Origin: Callorhinchus milii
Lineage: Eukaryota
Direction: 5' to 3'
NCBI RefSeq assembly: GCF_018977255.1
Contig: NW_024704742.1
Location: 70,372,001-70,436,000 of the forward strand
Length of the DNA stretch: 64,000 nucleotides
The notes beneath the pieces are model-generated. The model made no database searches, was not told the origin of the DNA, and was given only the letters and a program-made list of their open reading frames with translations. Position 1 is the first letter of the stretch. Every line of letters starts with the position of its first letter. Of this stretch, positions 10,462-23,960 are shown in pieces. The position numbers and the translations under genes are program-made.

Positions 10462-11528
10462 GTAAGTACGACTGTATGTTAACATTTTGTGTGCCGCTAT
10501 TCAAAGGGTTATCTTGAAAGCGTTAAATAATCTCAGCCCTAACAAGAAACTTGTTTGGCTCAGTCGGCAGCGTTCTCGCCTCTGAGTCGGGTCAAGGCCC
10601 ACGTTAGGACTTTTGAGTTTACAGTCTCGGTTGATGTTCCAATGCAGTGCTGGGAGAGCACTGCACTGTCGGAGGTGCTGTCCTTTGAATGAGACATGAG
10701 GTCCTGTCTGGCAGTTCAGGTGGATGCTGAAAAGCATGTGATACGATTAGAAGGGAGAAAGGAGTTTCCCCCCAGACAGTCACACAGGTAAAATTGGTTA
10801 TTCACTTCAGTAACTGTACATGGTTAACTGTGTTGACTGCCACCTGAACAGGCAGATTGTGTCTCATCAGAAAGACCCTCCTTTGATATTGCAGTGCTGC
10901 ACTGAACAACAGGTTGTGTTTATACAGCGCCTTTCACGTAGGATAAGGTCTCAGATTGCTTCATGGTAGCAGGGTTAGATGTAGGACTTGGAACAACAAC
11001 AAAATTACATTTGTATAGCGCCTTTCACGTCAGGAGGATGTCCCAAGGCGCTGGACAATCACTGTTTCGGACCCGAGCTGGGGGTCGGTATCAAAGAGGC
11101 TGGAGGGCAATGGGGGAAGGAGGAAAAGTGACCATAGATACGGTCAAAAGGTAGATTTTAGGGTGGGATATTAAGATAGATAGAGAGGGGAAGAAGCGGA
11201 TGCAGCGTGTTCCAGAGGCTAAGAGCACTGTGCCAGGGTGTCAGCCTGGATTACTGTGAGCTCAGGATCCCTGACATGGGGTCCTATCATAGCATCCAAA
11301 GCTGTGCATTATAATTACAATTTACATTTACACAGCGTCTTTCATATCAGGAGGATGTCCCAAATGCTTGACGCTGATGGCTGAGCACCTGAGCTGGGAG
11401 GAGTGGTGGGAACTGGGGGGAACAAAAGTTCTTTATGAGCCATTCGCCAATGAAGGTCAAACCAAATGGAAAACATTCATCATTTTGCAAAAGCTAATGT
11501 TCACCATTAACGTCCCTTTGTATCCCAG

Positions 11529-11632
11529 CCAAAGATAAGAGCGAGAAAATATTTGCCATGGCGTACGTGAAGTTAATGAAACTAGACGGGACCACGCTAC
11601 GAGACGGGGAGCACGATCTGATCTTATACAAG
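11529..11632 (+). CDS. DOCK2: DOCK2-like exon 4 in window: (S)[34 protein letters not shown]
   Basis: cccag|CC ... AAG|gtacaa; 104 nt; DGTTL-DG-HDL DHR-1 motif; phase matches previous exon. Confidence 0.93.
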
Positions 11633-13554
11633 GTACAAAGAGTGAATAATTGTGTGTCAGCCTGGCTCAGTGGTAGCACTCCTCCTCCTTCCTCAGCGGT
11701 AGCGCTCTTGTCTCTGAGTTAGAAGCTTGTGGGTTTAAGCCCCACGTCAGGATTTGAACTCGCATATTCTAAGATGACATTCCAGTGCAGCGCAAGGGTG
11801 TGTTGCAATGTCGGAGATGCCGTCTGTTCAATAACAACTTGCATTTATCACACAGGGTGGTTCATGTTCATATTTAGCTACGTTCAGGTGGATGTTAAAA
11901 GATCCCATGGCACCATTCAAAAAGAGAAGGGAGTTTCTCACCCCGGTGTTCTGGATAATAATCTGCCAAATAAAATCGGTCATTCACTCCATGGCTGTTT
12001 GTGGAACATTGCCTACAAAAATACAGTCACTCCATTTCACAGTAAAACTCCCGTGAAACTGTTTGGGACGTCTTCCTGATGTGAAAGGCGCTATACCAAA
12101 TGCAAGGATTATTATTAATTAATATTCTTATTCTTATAACTTTCAGAGTTACAGCCCGTCTCTAAATTTTTTATTTCAGGGATTCTTTCATTTGAGTGTA
12201 CGGCTCAGTCGGTCACCTTCCCGCCTCTGAGGCAAAAGGTTATGGGTTCAAATCCACCCCCACCCCTCTCCCCACACATGGGGGACTTTCAGGCTGACAA
12301 TCAGTGCAGTGTTGCGGTTGTATTTCATTGTCGGAGGTGCCATTGCTCAGAAGAGACCTTAAACCAAGGTCCTATCTGTGCCCTATTCATGCGAAGATTA
12401 AAGATCCAATGGTGCTTTTATTTTGGGGGATTGTTGGCCAGGACACTGGGAGAGAGAAACTCTCTTCTCTTGCCAAGTATCCACGGGATCTTTGACGTCC
12501 ACCTGAGCAGGCACAGGCTCAGTTTAACATCTCATCTGAAAGACAGCAAATCTGTCAGTGCAGCGCTCCCCAACACTGAATTGGAGTGTCTACTTAGATA
12601 ATATGAGTTCCAGGGAGGGGAGGATGGGGAGAGAGGAGGGAGGGTGTAGGGAATGAGCCAAAGGGAGGACTTGAACACACAACCTTCTGAGGACTGAGAC
12701 CGGCTGACACTATATTCATATAGTGTAAGTGGAACATTCTTCCTCTCTCCAAACCATGTTATGGTAATGCATTATTCATTATGGAAATTAGCAAACTCTT
12801 AAGAATAATGAATGAAGAAATAATATGTTTGCAGTGTGATATAATGTCTGTAGATCATATACATTGCTCACAATTAGTTGATAGCTCGAACAATGAAGGA
12901 CTCTTCCTCCCCTGTCCACACACTGATCAAACCCCCAGCCTTAAGCAGTATATGGTCCATTTTTTTTCACCCACAGAATATACAGTCACTTTACTTTACA
13001 ATATAATCTGTGAAGCGCTTTGAGATGGGTCAACGACATGACAAGGTGCAAAATCAAATGCAAGGATTATTATTATGATGATGACAATCACGGGAGATTG
13101 ATAATCAGTGATAATCAATAAGTCAATATTAGCTCATTGCATGTCAGGAGGACGCCTCAAAGCGCATCACACAATTTTACTGTAAAGTGCAGTAACTGTG
13201 TATTTTGTTGGTGAACATGGCAGCCAACTTGGCAAAGCAATGAGGTGTGAACTGCCCAATTTTTTTTCTCGGAGTGGGTGGGATTGTCGACCTGATACTT
13301 GACACACCAAATTGGCTGCCGCATTCACCTACCAAATACACACTTGACAGAGAATCCTGTGGTGCTTGTGTGGGTTGTTTCAATGCTTGTTATTAATTAG
13401 TTATTTATCCTTTCTTCCTCTCCCAATCATACCCTTCCCCAACCCACTCTTTCACCCTCCCCTTGTCCCCGCCCTTCCCCCTGCCTCCCGCTCCTCCCCC
13501 TCATTCCTCTCTCCTCCCCCGTACCCTCAACCCATCCTCACTCCCTGTGTGTAG

Positions 13555-13735
13555 GGCGACAGTAGGAAGCTCGAAGATCCTAACATTTACCTGAACCAAA
13601 TATGCAGTCGGCAGTCGGACCACAAGTTGAGTCTGAGCGCCTCGTTCCGAAGCAGTAGCGGAAGTCACCTTGTCTGCTCCAGGGACAGTTTCCAGATCTC
13701 CACCCTCGTCTGCTCCACCAAACTCACCCAGAATG
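13555..13735 (+). CDS. DOCK2: DOCK2-like exon 5 in window: GDSRKLEDPNIYLNQICSRQSDHKLSLSASFRSSSGSHLVCSRDSFQISTLVCSTKLTQN(V)
   Basis: gtgtag|GGC ... AAT G|gtgagt; 181 nt; STLVCSTKLTQN marks the end of DHR-1. Confidence 0.93.
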
Positions 13736-14428
13736 GTGAGTCTGCTCAGCCCAGTCCAGCCCGCCAATGGGCTTGATTTCAAGATCCTCACTCTCACATA
13801 CTCTCTCCCCTTTTTCAAGTCTCGCCATAAAACCTTCCTCTTCGACCATGCTTGACCCCCAGCTTGGAGTCAGGCTCCGCCACTGTTAAGGGCTCTGAGA
13901 TGCTACCCTACGTGAAGGCGCTATATAAGTGCAAGTTGTTGTTGTTGTTGAAGAGTGCTGTTATTGTGGCTGATGATTATGGGGTGGGGGTAGGGTGGGG
14001 GAGGGTGATGGGTTCGGTGCAGTCCGTTACTTGCTGATACTTTTATTATGTAGAACAACAAATTACATTTGTGTAGTGCCTTTCACGTCAGGGTATGTAA
14101 TGGGTTTGGGGAAAGTGGGATTGAAAGGTGCACCGTGATCTAATAAAAGCAACAGCCGCTTGCATCTACACAGCACCTTTCCTGCAGGGAATCGTTCCAG
14201 AGTGCTTAACGGGAACGGAGTCGGATGCCGAACAGGGAAGACGGAAAGGGGATGGTGACCATAGGCGCAGTTAAAGAGTTAGGATTTAAAGATGGATAGA
14301 GAGCGGAGGGGTAATGTAGCGCTCCGAGATGCTATCCTGCATAAAGGGCACTGGGGAAATGCCAGCGAGATGTTGTTGAGGAGGAGGAGATGGTTCTAAC
14401 CCGTGCGTTTGTGTTCCCGCTGGAGCAG

Positions 14429-14526
14429 TGGACCTCCTGGGGCTGCTGAAGTGGCGATCGAACGTGGGCTTCCTGAATGAGAACCTGCGGAAACTGATGA
14501 AGGTGGACGGAGGCGAGATTGTCAAG
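14429..14526 (+). CDS. DOCK2: DOCK2-like exon 6 in window: (V)DLLGLLKWRSNVGFLNENLRKLMKVDGGEIVK
   Basis: gagcag|TG ... AAG|gtaaca; 98 nt; LLGLLKWR and VDGGEIVK family motifs. Confidence 0.93.
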
Positions 14527-16414
14527 GTAACAGCAAATGTCACTGTGGAAAATTAACCACAGTCTCCACGGAATGGCGCTTGATGCGGGGCTTAAAATAT
14601 ATCAATGTGCTTCACAGGGAATTGACTGTATTTTGCAGGCGAACCCAAGCAGTCAGATTTGCACACAGCAACATCCTGCAAACAAGCATTGAATGAGTGA
14701 CTGATTTTATCCGTGTGATTATCAGCCAGGATACCGGGAGAGAGAAATTCCCTTCTCTTTTCTAATAGCTCCGCCTGAACAGGGCACAGAGGGGAATCCG
14801 GTTTAATGTTTCATCCAGAGGGCAACTCTGTAGTACTCCAGGACACTGCTGATTCAAGCGCTCTAAAATGCTATTACTGTGACGGTCCCTACATACATGT
14901 ATATAAATGCAAGTTGTTGTTGTTGTCCCTCCAGGATAGAGAGTGCGCATTCCATTCCAGGTACAGGGTCATTTCCCTGGCATGATCGGCGTGCATATAC
15001 GTGAATCTCTCAGTAGTTTGGTGTGGAGACTTTCAACCACGGCGATTTTATTCAATAATATATTTTTTAAATCCTTGCATTTGATACTGTGCCTTTCACG
15101 TTGGCAGTGGGTTTCTAACCGCTTCATAGGATTTTACTGCAAAGCGTAGTGACTGCGTTTGTGTAGTTGTGCGTGTTGAACATTCAGTTGACCAAACAAA
15201 CAAACAAATAAATAAATATATCGCGGAGAGAGAGAGAGGGGGCCAGCGAGAGAGAGAGCAGGAGAGAGCGCGTAGGGAAGAGTGGACAGCAGAGATGGAG
15301 AGCGCGGGGAGAGAGAGAAATGGGGAAGAAAAAGAGTGGGGGAGAACAGAGGAGAGAGAGAGTGTGGGAGAGAGAGAAAGAGTGGGGTGGGAGAGAGACA
15401 GAGCCTAGGGAGAGAGAGCCGGGGAAAGAGAGCCAGGGAGAGAGAGAGAGTGTGGCAGAGGGAGAGTTGTAATCTGTTGCCCATGTCTCAATGTAATTGA
15501 TACTTCAGTGATGATACTTCACATGGCGTAATCCAAACTAATACACTTGTAAACACCCTGTGCTGCTGGTGTGCATTCATTTATTGGTGTTAGATATTCC
15601 GTCTCAGTAAATCTTAGGGCTCGGATGCCCCCAAAGCAATTATAGCTGTGAGCACGATGTAGACAATTATTTTCCTTAAGCTGCACCTTTGTCTCTCTCT
15701 CACACGTGCTCTCTCTTTCTCTCTCACGCACTCTCTTTTTTGATCCTTCTCATTTTTGCGCTCTCGATCTTGCACTCACTTGCGCTCTCTCTCCTGCAAC
15801 CTCTTTCTCTTGCTCTCTGTCGCTCTTTCTCTAGCTGTCTGTCTGTCTCTCACACTCTCTCGCATTCTCTCTCTCTCTTCTAGCCCACTCCCCTTCACAG
15901 CAAGATCCTGCAATGTTATTCGAGAAGAGAAAGTAGTTTCTCTCTCCCGGTATTCTGGCCGACAATCCCCCAGATAAAATCGGTCATTCACTTCATGGCT
16001 GTTTGTGGGACGATCCTGTGTGCAGTTTGGCTGCTCCATTCACCTACAAAATACACACTCACTGCATTTTACATAAATTCCTGTAAAGCGCTTTGAGACG
16101 CCTCGAAGACGTGAAAAGGCGCTGGATCAAATGCACAGATTATTTCTATATTATGCTCATTATAATCGTCTCTGGCAGGCATTTTGCTTGTTATGATCAT
16201 ATCAGCAGTCTCTGAACATTTGTTTTTAATATGGTCTAATTTGCGGATTTCTTAAAAGATTTCTCAACGAGCTGAAACCCTCCAAAATATTGTGGGCCAC
16301 AGTCTGGAGGGAACGAGTGGGCATGGTGGGTCTGGGGGTGCGCATGAGGTTTGATTCTTGTATAAATCCCAACCTACACCTTCCACACCCAAACCTGCGG
16401 AGACCCTCACTGTT

Positions 16415-16786
16415 ATAATATATAATGATCCTTGCATTTGATACAGCCCCTTATCATGTCTACGAGATGTCTCAAATCGCTTCACGGAATATACTGTAAA
16501 GTGAATTGACTGTATATTTTGTGGGTGAAATGCAGCAGCCAATTGAACGCAGCAGTGTCCCACAAACAGTCATGGATTGGGTTACCAAATTATTATTGTT
16601 ATTTTTTTCGAAGGGATTATTAACCCCCGGAAAAGTGATCTGTCAATTGACTAACAATCGGGTTCCTACTTACTGCTAGGTAAACAGTGCGGAGTAAGGA
16701 AACTTGCCCAAAGTTTCGCCCTGCTGGGAGTTAAAACCCAGGTCTCTTGCTTGCGAGGGCTCCAACCACTGAGCTACAGGACTCCA
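16415..16786 (-). mobile_element. SINE family A copy
   Basis: Reverse complement of the family A head at ~16730-16786, tail at ~16415. Confidence 0.8.
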
Positions 16787-16960
16787 CTGTTGGCTCAATC
16801 ATTGAGACTGAAGCTGGTCCCGAAATCTTTCCTCTCTCTGTATTTTTATGGACGTTCCTACAGCTCCCTCACTCTGTGGGGCTCAGTCTCTGCTCCCAGC
16901 CAGCGCCCTGTGTCGCTGACTGTACAGAGCTGATCTGTGCTCTTGCCTTTCTTTCTGCAG

Positions 16961-17050
16961 TTCCTCCAAGACACTTTGGATGCTATGTTCAGTATAATGA
17001 TGGAGTTTTCCGATATCGACACTTATGATAAATTGGTCTTCGATGCTCTG
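16961..17050 (+). CDS. DOCK2: DOCK2-like exon 7 in window: [30 protein letters not shown]
   Basis: ctgcag|TTC ... CTG|gtaaga; 90 nt; FLQDTLDA and LVFDAL motifs. Confidence 0.93.
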
Positions 17051-18399
17051 GTAAGATAGCTAGCAAACTATTTTTATTTGAATGATGTTAAATTGAAGCT
17101 GTTTTGTAACTGTGTCTAGGGAGTGAAAATTCTCCACGTCAAGATCCTTGTACTCACTTTTAACACTTTCCATGGTCTTGCCCACTCTTACCTCTGTGAC
17201 CTTCTTAAACCCTACCAACCCATGCGCTTCTTCCACTCAGCGGACACCAGCCTGCTTCACGTTCCTTGGCCTGCCCGCCCCCGCTGGGCTTTCAGTGTAT
17301 CTGCCTTCACCCTCGAGAACCCCATCTGGAGTCCATTCACCCAGCCCCTTCCCTTGCCTTCTTCAATTTCCATCTCAACACTTTTGACCATGCCTTTGGT
17401 CATCTACCTCCCCCACCCCACCCCCCTTGATCCTCTCCGTATCCAGCCCCCAGCTCGGGTGCAAACCCTCAACTGTCCAGCACCTTGGCATGTCCTCTCA
17501 ACATGAAAGGCACTATATAACTGCAATATGTAGTTCTTGTTGCTATCACGGAACAGAGGGCTAGTGTTGTTTATCCCGGCCCTAACCCCTGAAACTGCCT
17601 CCCTCTACCTCTCCGCCTCCCTCTTCATCTATCTTTAAATCCCTCCAAAGACCTGTAGCAACAACAAATTACATGTGCATTCACGTCGGGAGGATGTCCC
17701 AAGGCACTGGACGGTAAAGGATTTGAACCTAGCTCTTAGACTAGGCCAACGGTCAACTGTCCATCGTTCCTTCTCACTCGCTAGGTGTCCAACCCAGAGA
17801 TGGTGCAAGAACGCTCCCCCTCCCCCCTCTCCCCCCACCCGATCAGTCATTTTGCAGCTGTTTGTGGGATGTCACTGTGCACAAATCGGCTGCTGTGGCT
17901 GCCTGCAAACACACAGTAAAGTCCTGCAAAGCACCTTGAGACGTCTTGGTGACGTGATAAGGCACTGCATTGAATGCAATGATGATTATTATAGCATACC
18001 ACCCTCCCACTCTCTCCCCAGCTCCCCCAGCAAGGCAAAACATCAGAAGAGAAAGATTTTGACAGTGTGTGTCCCAGCAAGGATCGTAGTGACAGCAGCC
18101 TCTTTACGTTGTCACTTGGCTGGCTGCATAGAGAGAGAGACTAACCTGCTAATCCCCTCCTTTCAGGGCTCGATGCCTCTGACAAGCTGTAATACAAACA
18201 ACACCGTTTTGACTGTATTTAAATTGGATTTGACTCCCTCTAGGTCCTTTCCATTAGCATTGGTGAGGGGAAGATAAATAGCCCCACTGTGAGTAATGAA
18301 TCTGCTCCTCGGGTGCCCCAGCTCCAATGTATGCAGACTGATGGATGGTTCTCTGTCTCACCGCTGGTGTAATTCTTTCATTATAATCTGACATCGTGT

Positions 18400-18582
18400 T
18401 CAGTGAGAGAGAGAGAGAGAGAGGGTGCAAGGGAGGGCATGAGGCAGTGGAGACAGAGATAGAGAGAGGGAATGAGGGAAAGAGAGGGTGGGGGGCACGA
18501 GGGAGGGTGCAAGGGAGGAGAGACAGAGAGAGAGGAGGGGGGCGAGGGGAGAGAGACTCAGAGAGAGGGGGAGAGAAAGACC

Positions 18583-18616
<34 letters not shown>

Positions 18617-18945
18617 GAGAGAGAGGGGGAGAGAGACACAGAGAGAGGGGGCGAGAGAGATAGACAGATAGAGAGGGGGAGAGAAACACAGAGAGAGTGG
18701 GAGAGAAAGACAGACAGACAGACAGACAGAGACAGACAGACAGAGAGAGGGGGAGAGAGACACAGAGAGAGGGGGCGAGAGAGATAAACAGATAGAGAGG
18801 GGGACAGAGACACAGAGAGAGGGGGAGAGAACGACAGACAGACAGACAGACAGACAGAGAGAGGAGGAGAGAGACACAGAGAGAGGGAGTGAGAGAGATA
18901 GACAGATAGAGAGGGGGAGAGAGACACAGAGAGAGGGGGAGAGAA

Positions 18946-18981
<36 letters not shown>

Positions 18982-19310
18982 GGGGAGAGGGGGAGAAGGG
19001 GAGAGGGGAGAGGGGGAGAGAGACACAGAGAGAGGGGGCGAGAGAGATAGACAGATAGAGAGGGGGAGAGAGACACAGAGAGATGGGGAGAGAGACACAG
19101 GGAGAGGGGGCAAGAGAGACAGACAGACAGAAAGAGGAGGGAGAGAGAGAGACGAAAAGAGGGAAACAGAAAGAGAGACAAGTCGATAGAGAGGTGGCAT
19201 GGGGGACAGACAGACAGACAGACAGAGAAAGAGAGACCGAGAGTTATAGAGAGATAGAAATGGAGAGATACACACACCGAGCATGTGACAGAAAGAGACA
19301 GAAACAGACA
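18400..19310. repeat. Compound (GA)n/(GACA)n satellite with higher-order duplicated blocks
   Basis: Block gagagggggagagagacacagagagagggggcgagagagatagacagatag recurs several times. Confidence 0.9.
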
Positions 19311-19975
19311 TTGGCTCTAACAGGGCTTTTGTTTAACCCTCTCCTTCCCTTTGCCTTCCGGGGAGGTCAAGTGTGGGTTTTGTTTCCCGGAACCCATGGG
19401 CGCCATTTTATTTACATGGCGGAAGCTCTTTTATCAAGAAAGAACGCGACGCGAACAACCACCACCCCTGCTCAGTCGGTAGCGAACTCACCTCCGAGTC
19501 AGAAGATCTTGGGTTCATTCCCCAAGTACAGGCTTTGAAGTCACATAGTCCAGACGGACACTCCAGTGCAGTGATGGGGGAGAGCTGCATTGTCAGAGGT
19601 GCCATGCATTAGATGAGATGTTAAACCAATCTCCCACCTGTGCCAGTTGAGGTGAACGTTAAAGTGAGTTTCTCTTTCCCAGTGTCTCGGCCAACAATCC
19701 CCCAGATAAAATTGGTCATTCATTTCACGGCTGTTTGTGGGAGAGAACTTTGAGGCGTTCTCCTGAGATGAAAGGTTATTAAGGATTATAAACCCCACCC
19801 AACGATCCCCTCATCACACATCGACTAAAATCTGTGTTTCTCCACCCTTCAATGGCCCAGCCAGGGTGCGGAGTGATGGAAAGAGATCAGGTCCTGCCCG
19901 AGGAATCCTCGCTGTTCACACCCCGTCCAAGTGCACAGGATGTGTCACTAATGCCCTCCCTCTCTGTGATTTCAG

Positions 19976-20076
19976 ATCTTTGTGATCGGGCTGATAGCGG
20001 ACAGGAAATTCCAGCACTTCAATGCTGTCCTGGAAGCTTACATCAAGCAGCATTTCAGCGCCACCTTGGCTTATAA
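19976..20076 (+). CDS. DOCK2: DOCK2-like exon 8 in window: [33 protein letters not shown](K)
   Basis: tttcag|ATC ... TAT AA|gtatgt; 101 nt; [12 protein letters not shown] and HFSATLAY motifs. Confidence 0.94.
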
Positions 20077-20968
20077 GTATGTAGGAATATGATAAGAGTA
20101 ATAATAAGAGTAATAATAAGAGTAATAATGTAATCAGAATAGTAGCAATTGTAATAATGTTATAGTAATAACACTAATAGTGGTAATAATACATTAAACT
20201 CCTGATAATTCAACCTTGGTTTAACTTGTCCCTCCCACTTAAGTCATCATGCTGTCAGTATCCCAGACATATTCATTCATTCATTCATTCATTAATTCAT
20301 TAATTCATTCATTCATTCATTTATTGCGTTTATGTGTTTATGTATTTATTTATGTATTTATACATATGTATTTATGCCTAACTCCTGCTCCTGATAATTC
20401 ATTACTGAGCCCTTTTCCCTGGATGATGAGTTATCAGGAGTTTACTGTAATAATAATAGTAATAATAATTAATAGATAACATACTTTGGTAACAGTAATT
20501 TTAATAATATAATGGGAATAATAGTATAGAACAATAGTAATAACAGTATTAAAAGTAATAATAGTATCAAGAGTAACAGTAATAATAATAATATTATTAC
20601 TATTACTCTTATTACTTTCAGCCTATCTGCCCCTGCTCTCTGGAACTCCATCCGAAACTCCCTCCTCCCTCCCTTCCTTTGTTCAAGGTCCATTCTCAAA
20701 ACCTACCTTTTTGACCGTGATTTTGGTCAACATTCCCTTTCCCTGTTCGCCTCGGCTCCCAGTCCCGGCTCGGATGCCCATCCAGCAGTGTGAAGTGCGT
20801 TGAGACATCTCCCGATATGAAAGGCACTGTGTAAATGTAAACTGTGCTGTACTAATCCCATCTCTCCGTTCTTTCACCATATCCATTGATACATTTCTCC
20901 CCCCCACTTCCCAGTAAACATTAATCTCCCTCTGTCCTGCTTAAATCTTCCCTCTGATCTGTTTCCAG

Positions 20969-21103
20969 GAAGCTGCTGAGTGTGCTGACCGGATATGTGC
21001 ACACGGCGAGCCAGGGACTGGAGTGTGAACCACTGAAAAGAGTCTTCAAAGTTCTCGAATATGTCTTCAAGTTTATCGTGCGTTCCAGATGCCTCTTCTC
21101 CCA
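20969..21103 (+). CDS. DOCK2: DOCK2-like exon 9 in window: [44 protein letters not shown](Q)
   Basis: ttccag|G ... TCC CA|gtatgt; 135 nt; [12 protein letters not shown] motif; phase 2/2. Confidence 0.93.
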
Positions 21104-21448
21104 GTATGTTCCTCTCTGTCTCATGGAATCTGGGACCACAGCATAGAGACCGACGCGCTCTCTGCCAGTCTGTCCGGGTCTTTTCTCCGCATCCCAGACA
21201 GTGTGGGATAATCAGGGAGGGAGGGAGAGCGCGAGAGAGAAAGAGAGACAGAAAGTGAGAGACAGAGACTGAGAGACAGAGAAAGCGAGAGAAAGATAGC
21301 AAGAGAGAGCAGAAAAGAGAGAGAGAGGGAAAGAGAACATGAGAAAAAAGAGTGTGTGAGTGCAAGAGAGAGAGAGAGGGTGAGCGCATGCGAGAGCATG
21401 TGAGAGAGGGCAAGTGAACACAGCTAACCAAGTGCTGACTGATTTCAG

Positions 21449-21560
21449 GTTGTACGAGGGGAAGGAGAAGGCTGAGTTTGAGGCTTCCCTGCAGAGACTC
21501 TTTGAGATGTTCAATGCTTTGATGAAATCACGGCTGGAAAATAACATGTTGGTGATGCAG
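21449..21560 (+). CDS. DOCK2: DOCK2-like exon 10 in window: LYEGKEKAEFEASLQRLFEMFNALMKSRLENNMLVMQ
   Basis: tttcag|G TTG ... CAG|gtaaac; 112 nt; QLYEGKE is DOCK2-like. Confidence 0.92.
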
Positions 21561-22524
21561 GTAAACACCCCTCAACAGGCTCAATGGATCTAGAGGTTTC
21601 CACTGAGAGCTGAGCAGCGAGCTCCAGTGACACACGCTGGGCTGAAACTGACAGTTCAGCACACCGGAATCAATAATTAACAACCGTCTCGCATAAAACC
21701 AGTTACTCATGCTGCTTGTGGGACATCTCTTTGTGCAAAATTGGCTGCCAAGTTCGCCTACTTGGCAACACAGTCGCTCCACTTTCCTGTGAAGCGCTTT
21801 GAGTTGTCACAGAAGGGAAGGCACTGTATCAAACACAAGTCCTAAATTTGGAGATGAAACGGTTGCGCAGGCTAAGACTAGATGTCATTGTAGTGCTACA
21901 AGTGGCTGAGGGCTCTTCAGTCATAAGAGGAAAAGTCTCAGAGGGGATCTTGTAGAGGTGTATAAGATTTTACATGGGATTGAAAAAGTGAACCCAGATC
22001 AATATGTTTTGGATACACGGAGACAGTAGAATAAGAGGATTTAGAGATGTAAAGGGCAATTTCATAGCAGCCACCAGGAAATGTTTCTTTACCCAGCGCA
22101 TAATTACCAACTGGAACATGTTGCTATTCAAGGTGGTTTGAGGACAGGACACTGGGAGTTATTTAAAAACAGCTTGCTGCAGTGAAAGGAGGATGGCGGG
22201 TGTCCTGCAGGGATGAGATCGGATGGGCTGATGGGTCGACTTCATCCAAACCCATTGTTGTGAAGGAGAAAAACACCCACAAAGTACACAGTCACAGCCC
22301 TTTACAACAACAACTTGCGTTTATATATCGCCCCTCATGCAGGGTAGCGTCCCAGAGCGCTTATCCTTTACAGTGTATCCTGTGACGTGCTTTGAGACGT
22401 ATCGATTATGTGATAAGGTGCTATATCAAACGCAAGGATTATTGTTAATATTCCCCTCTCCCATTCTCTTTAATTGTGCCTCTTAAGTAAAACCTCTCAT
22501 CTCTGTTCTCTTCTGTTACCACAG

Positions 22525-22595
22525 GGGGCTTCCCTGAAATACCTGCCGAGTATATTACAAGACGTTATGACTCTGTTTGATCCTGTGATCCTGAG
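22525..22595 (+). CDS. DOCK2: DOCK2-like exon 11 in window: GASLKYLPSILQDVMTLFDPVIL(S)
   Basis: ccacag|GGG ... CTG AG|gtaacc; 71 nt; LKYLP-I--DV--FD motif. Confidence 0.92.
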
Positions 22596-23737
22596 GTAAC
22601 CTCAACCGCTTCTCTCTTAGTCTTTAAATTAACTAATTAATTTATTTATTAATAATGAGGCTAAACTCCCAGCACCGTGATGTGCTATGTGTTATTTGTC
22701 AAGATTGAGGTTCATTTGGTTCAATTTGGTTTTGGGTTTAATTTGGTTTAACCCTCTATGACCGTCTCTAGTCTAGTTCCTGAGCCAGGCGGGTCTGCAG
22801 TATTCCAGGGTACTGCTGATGACAGCACAGCCCAGCCTGGCTCATCGGCAGGACCTGGAAAGTCAGACCAGTCACTGGGGGCAAGGAGTCATCCCACTCA
22901 GCTCCCGTTAACCCTGCAAGCCAAAGCCCTTTCGGTTAGGGTGGTCCTAGCTGGACAAGCAGCGGGAATCATGCCAGACCGTGATTTCAATGCAAAGCCT
23001 ATGTGGTTTTAGCTGATTAAAATCTCCCCCAACCCCCACCCAACACACAGTCTTTCATCTTGCTAACCTGCAAAGATCAGCTAAGCAGTGTGAGACCCTG
23101 TGGGGAGAGCACAAGCATTCCATTCCAGACCAGGGATATAAAAAAATTATATAATCAGAGATATAATCAAATATGTGAAAGCCTGGCTCAGTTGGTAGCA
23201 CTCATCCCTCCACCCACCCACCACCCTCAAACCTCCCAGCTCAGGGATGCTGATGCCACTAAACTGTCAATGAGGGGAACCCCAGCCTCAGATCAGAGTG
23301 TGACACATTGTTGGAGCAGGGTATGTGGTCTGTTAATGAGGCTCCTGTGCCCATTGGACTTGCTAAACAAAAGACTCAAGCAGCAGCAGCACAGTCTGTC
23401 AGCCTTTTAAATGCGGGCTGGTGTGGCTGAGAGCTTCTAGCTGGATAAATAGCAGCACGGCAACAATAACACCAGCTAGTCTGCCTCACTCTGGCAGCAG
23501 CATGTTCTCCGCTGAGCCAGAAGGTTGTGGGTTCAAGCCCTCCTCCCCTCCTCCCTCAACTGTGAGCTCACAGTCTAGGCTGACCCTTCGGTGTGGTGCT
23601 GGGGGAGAGCGCTGCATTGTCGGAGATGCCATCCTTCAGATGAGGCGTTAAAGATCCCACGGCACTACTCGAAAGGAGAAGGGAATTTCACTTTCCCAGT
23701 GTCATGGCCGACAATACACCCCTCAAATAAAGGGCTA

Positions 23738-23960
23738 TAGGAGCGGAATAGAGGGGTGTAGGAGAGGGGAATAGAGGGGTGTAGGAGAGGTAAATAGCGG
23801 GATGTAGGATAGGGGAATAGAGGGGTATAGGAGAGGGGAGTAGAGGGGTGTAGGAGAGGGGAGTAGAGGGGTGTAGGAGGGGGGAATAGAGGGGTGAGGA
23901 GAGGGGAATAGAGGGGTGTAGGAGAGGAGTATAGGGGTTTGGGCGAGGGGACTAGAGGGG
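23738..23960. repeat. ~22 bp G-rich minisatellite (ggggaatagaggggtgtaggag)
   Basis: Roughly nine tandem units visible. Confidence 0.9.

Noticed and set aside
18254..19311. Long ORFs (207-303 aa) on both strands
   Set aside because: Translations of (GA)/(GACA) satellite giving low-complexity S/L/C/V or R/E/Q/T/D runs; not genes.
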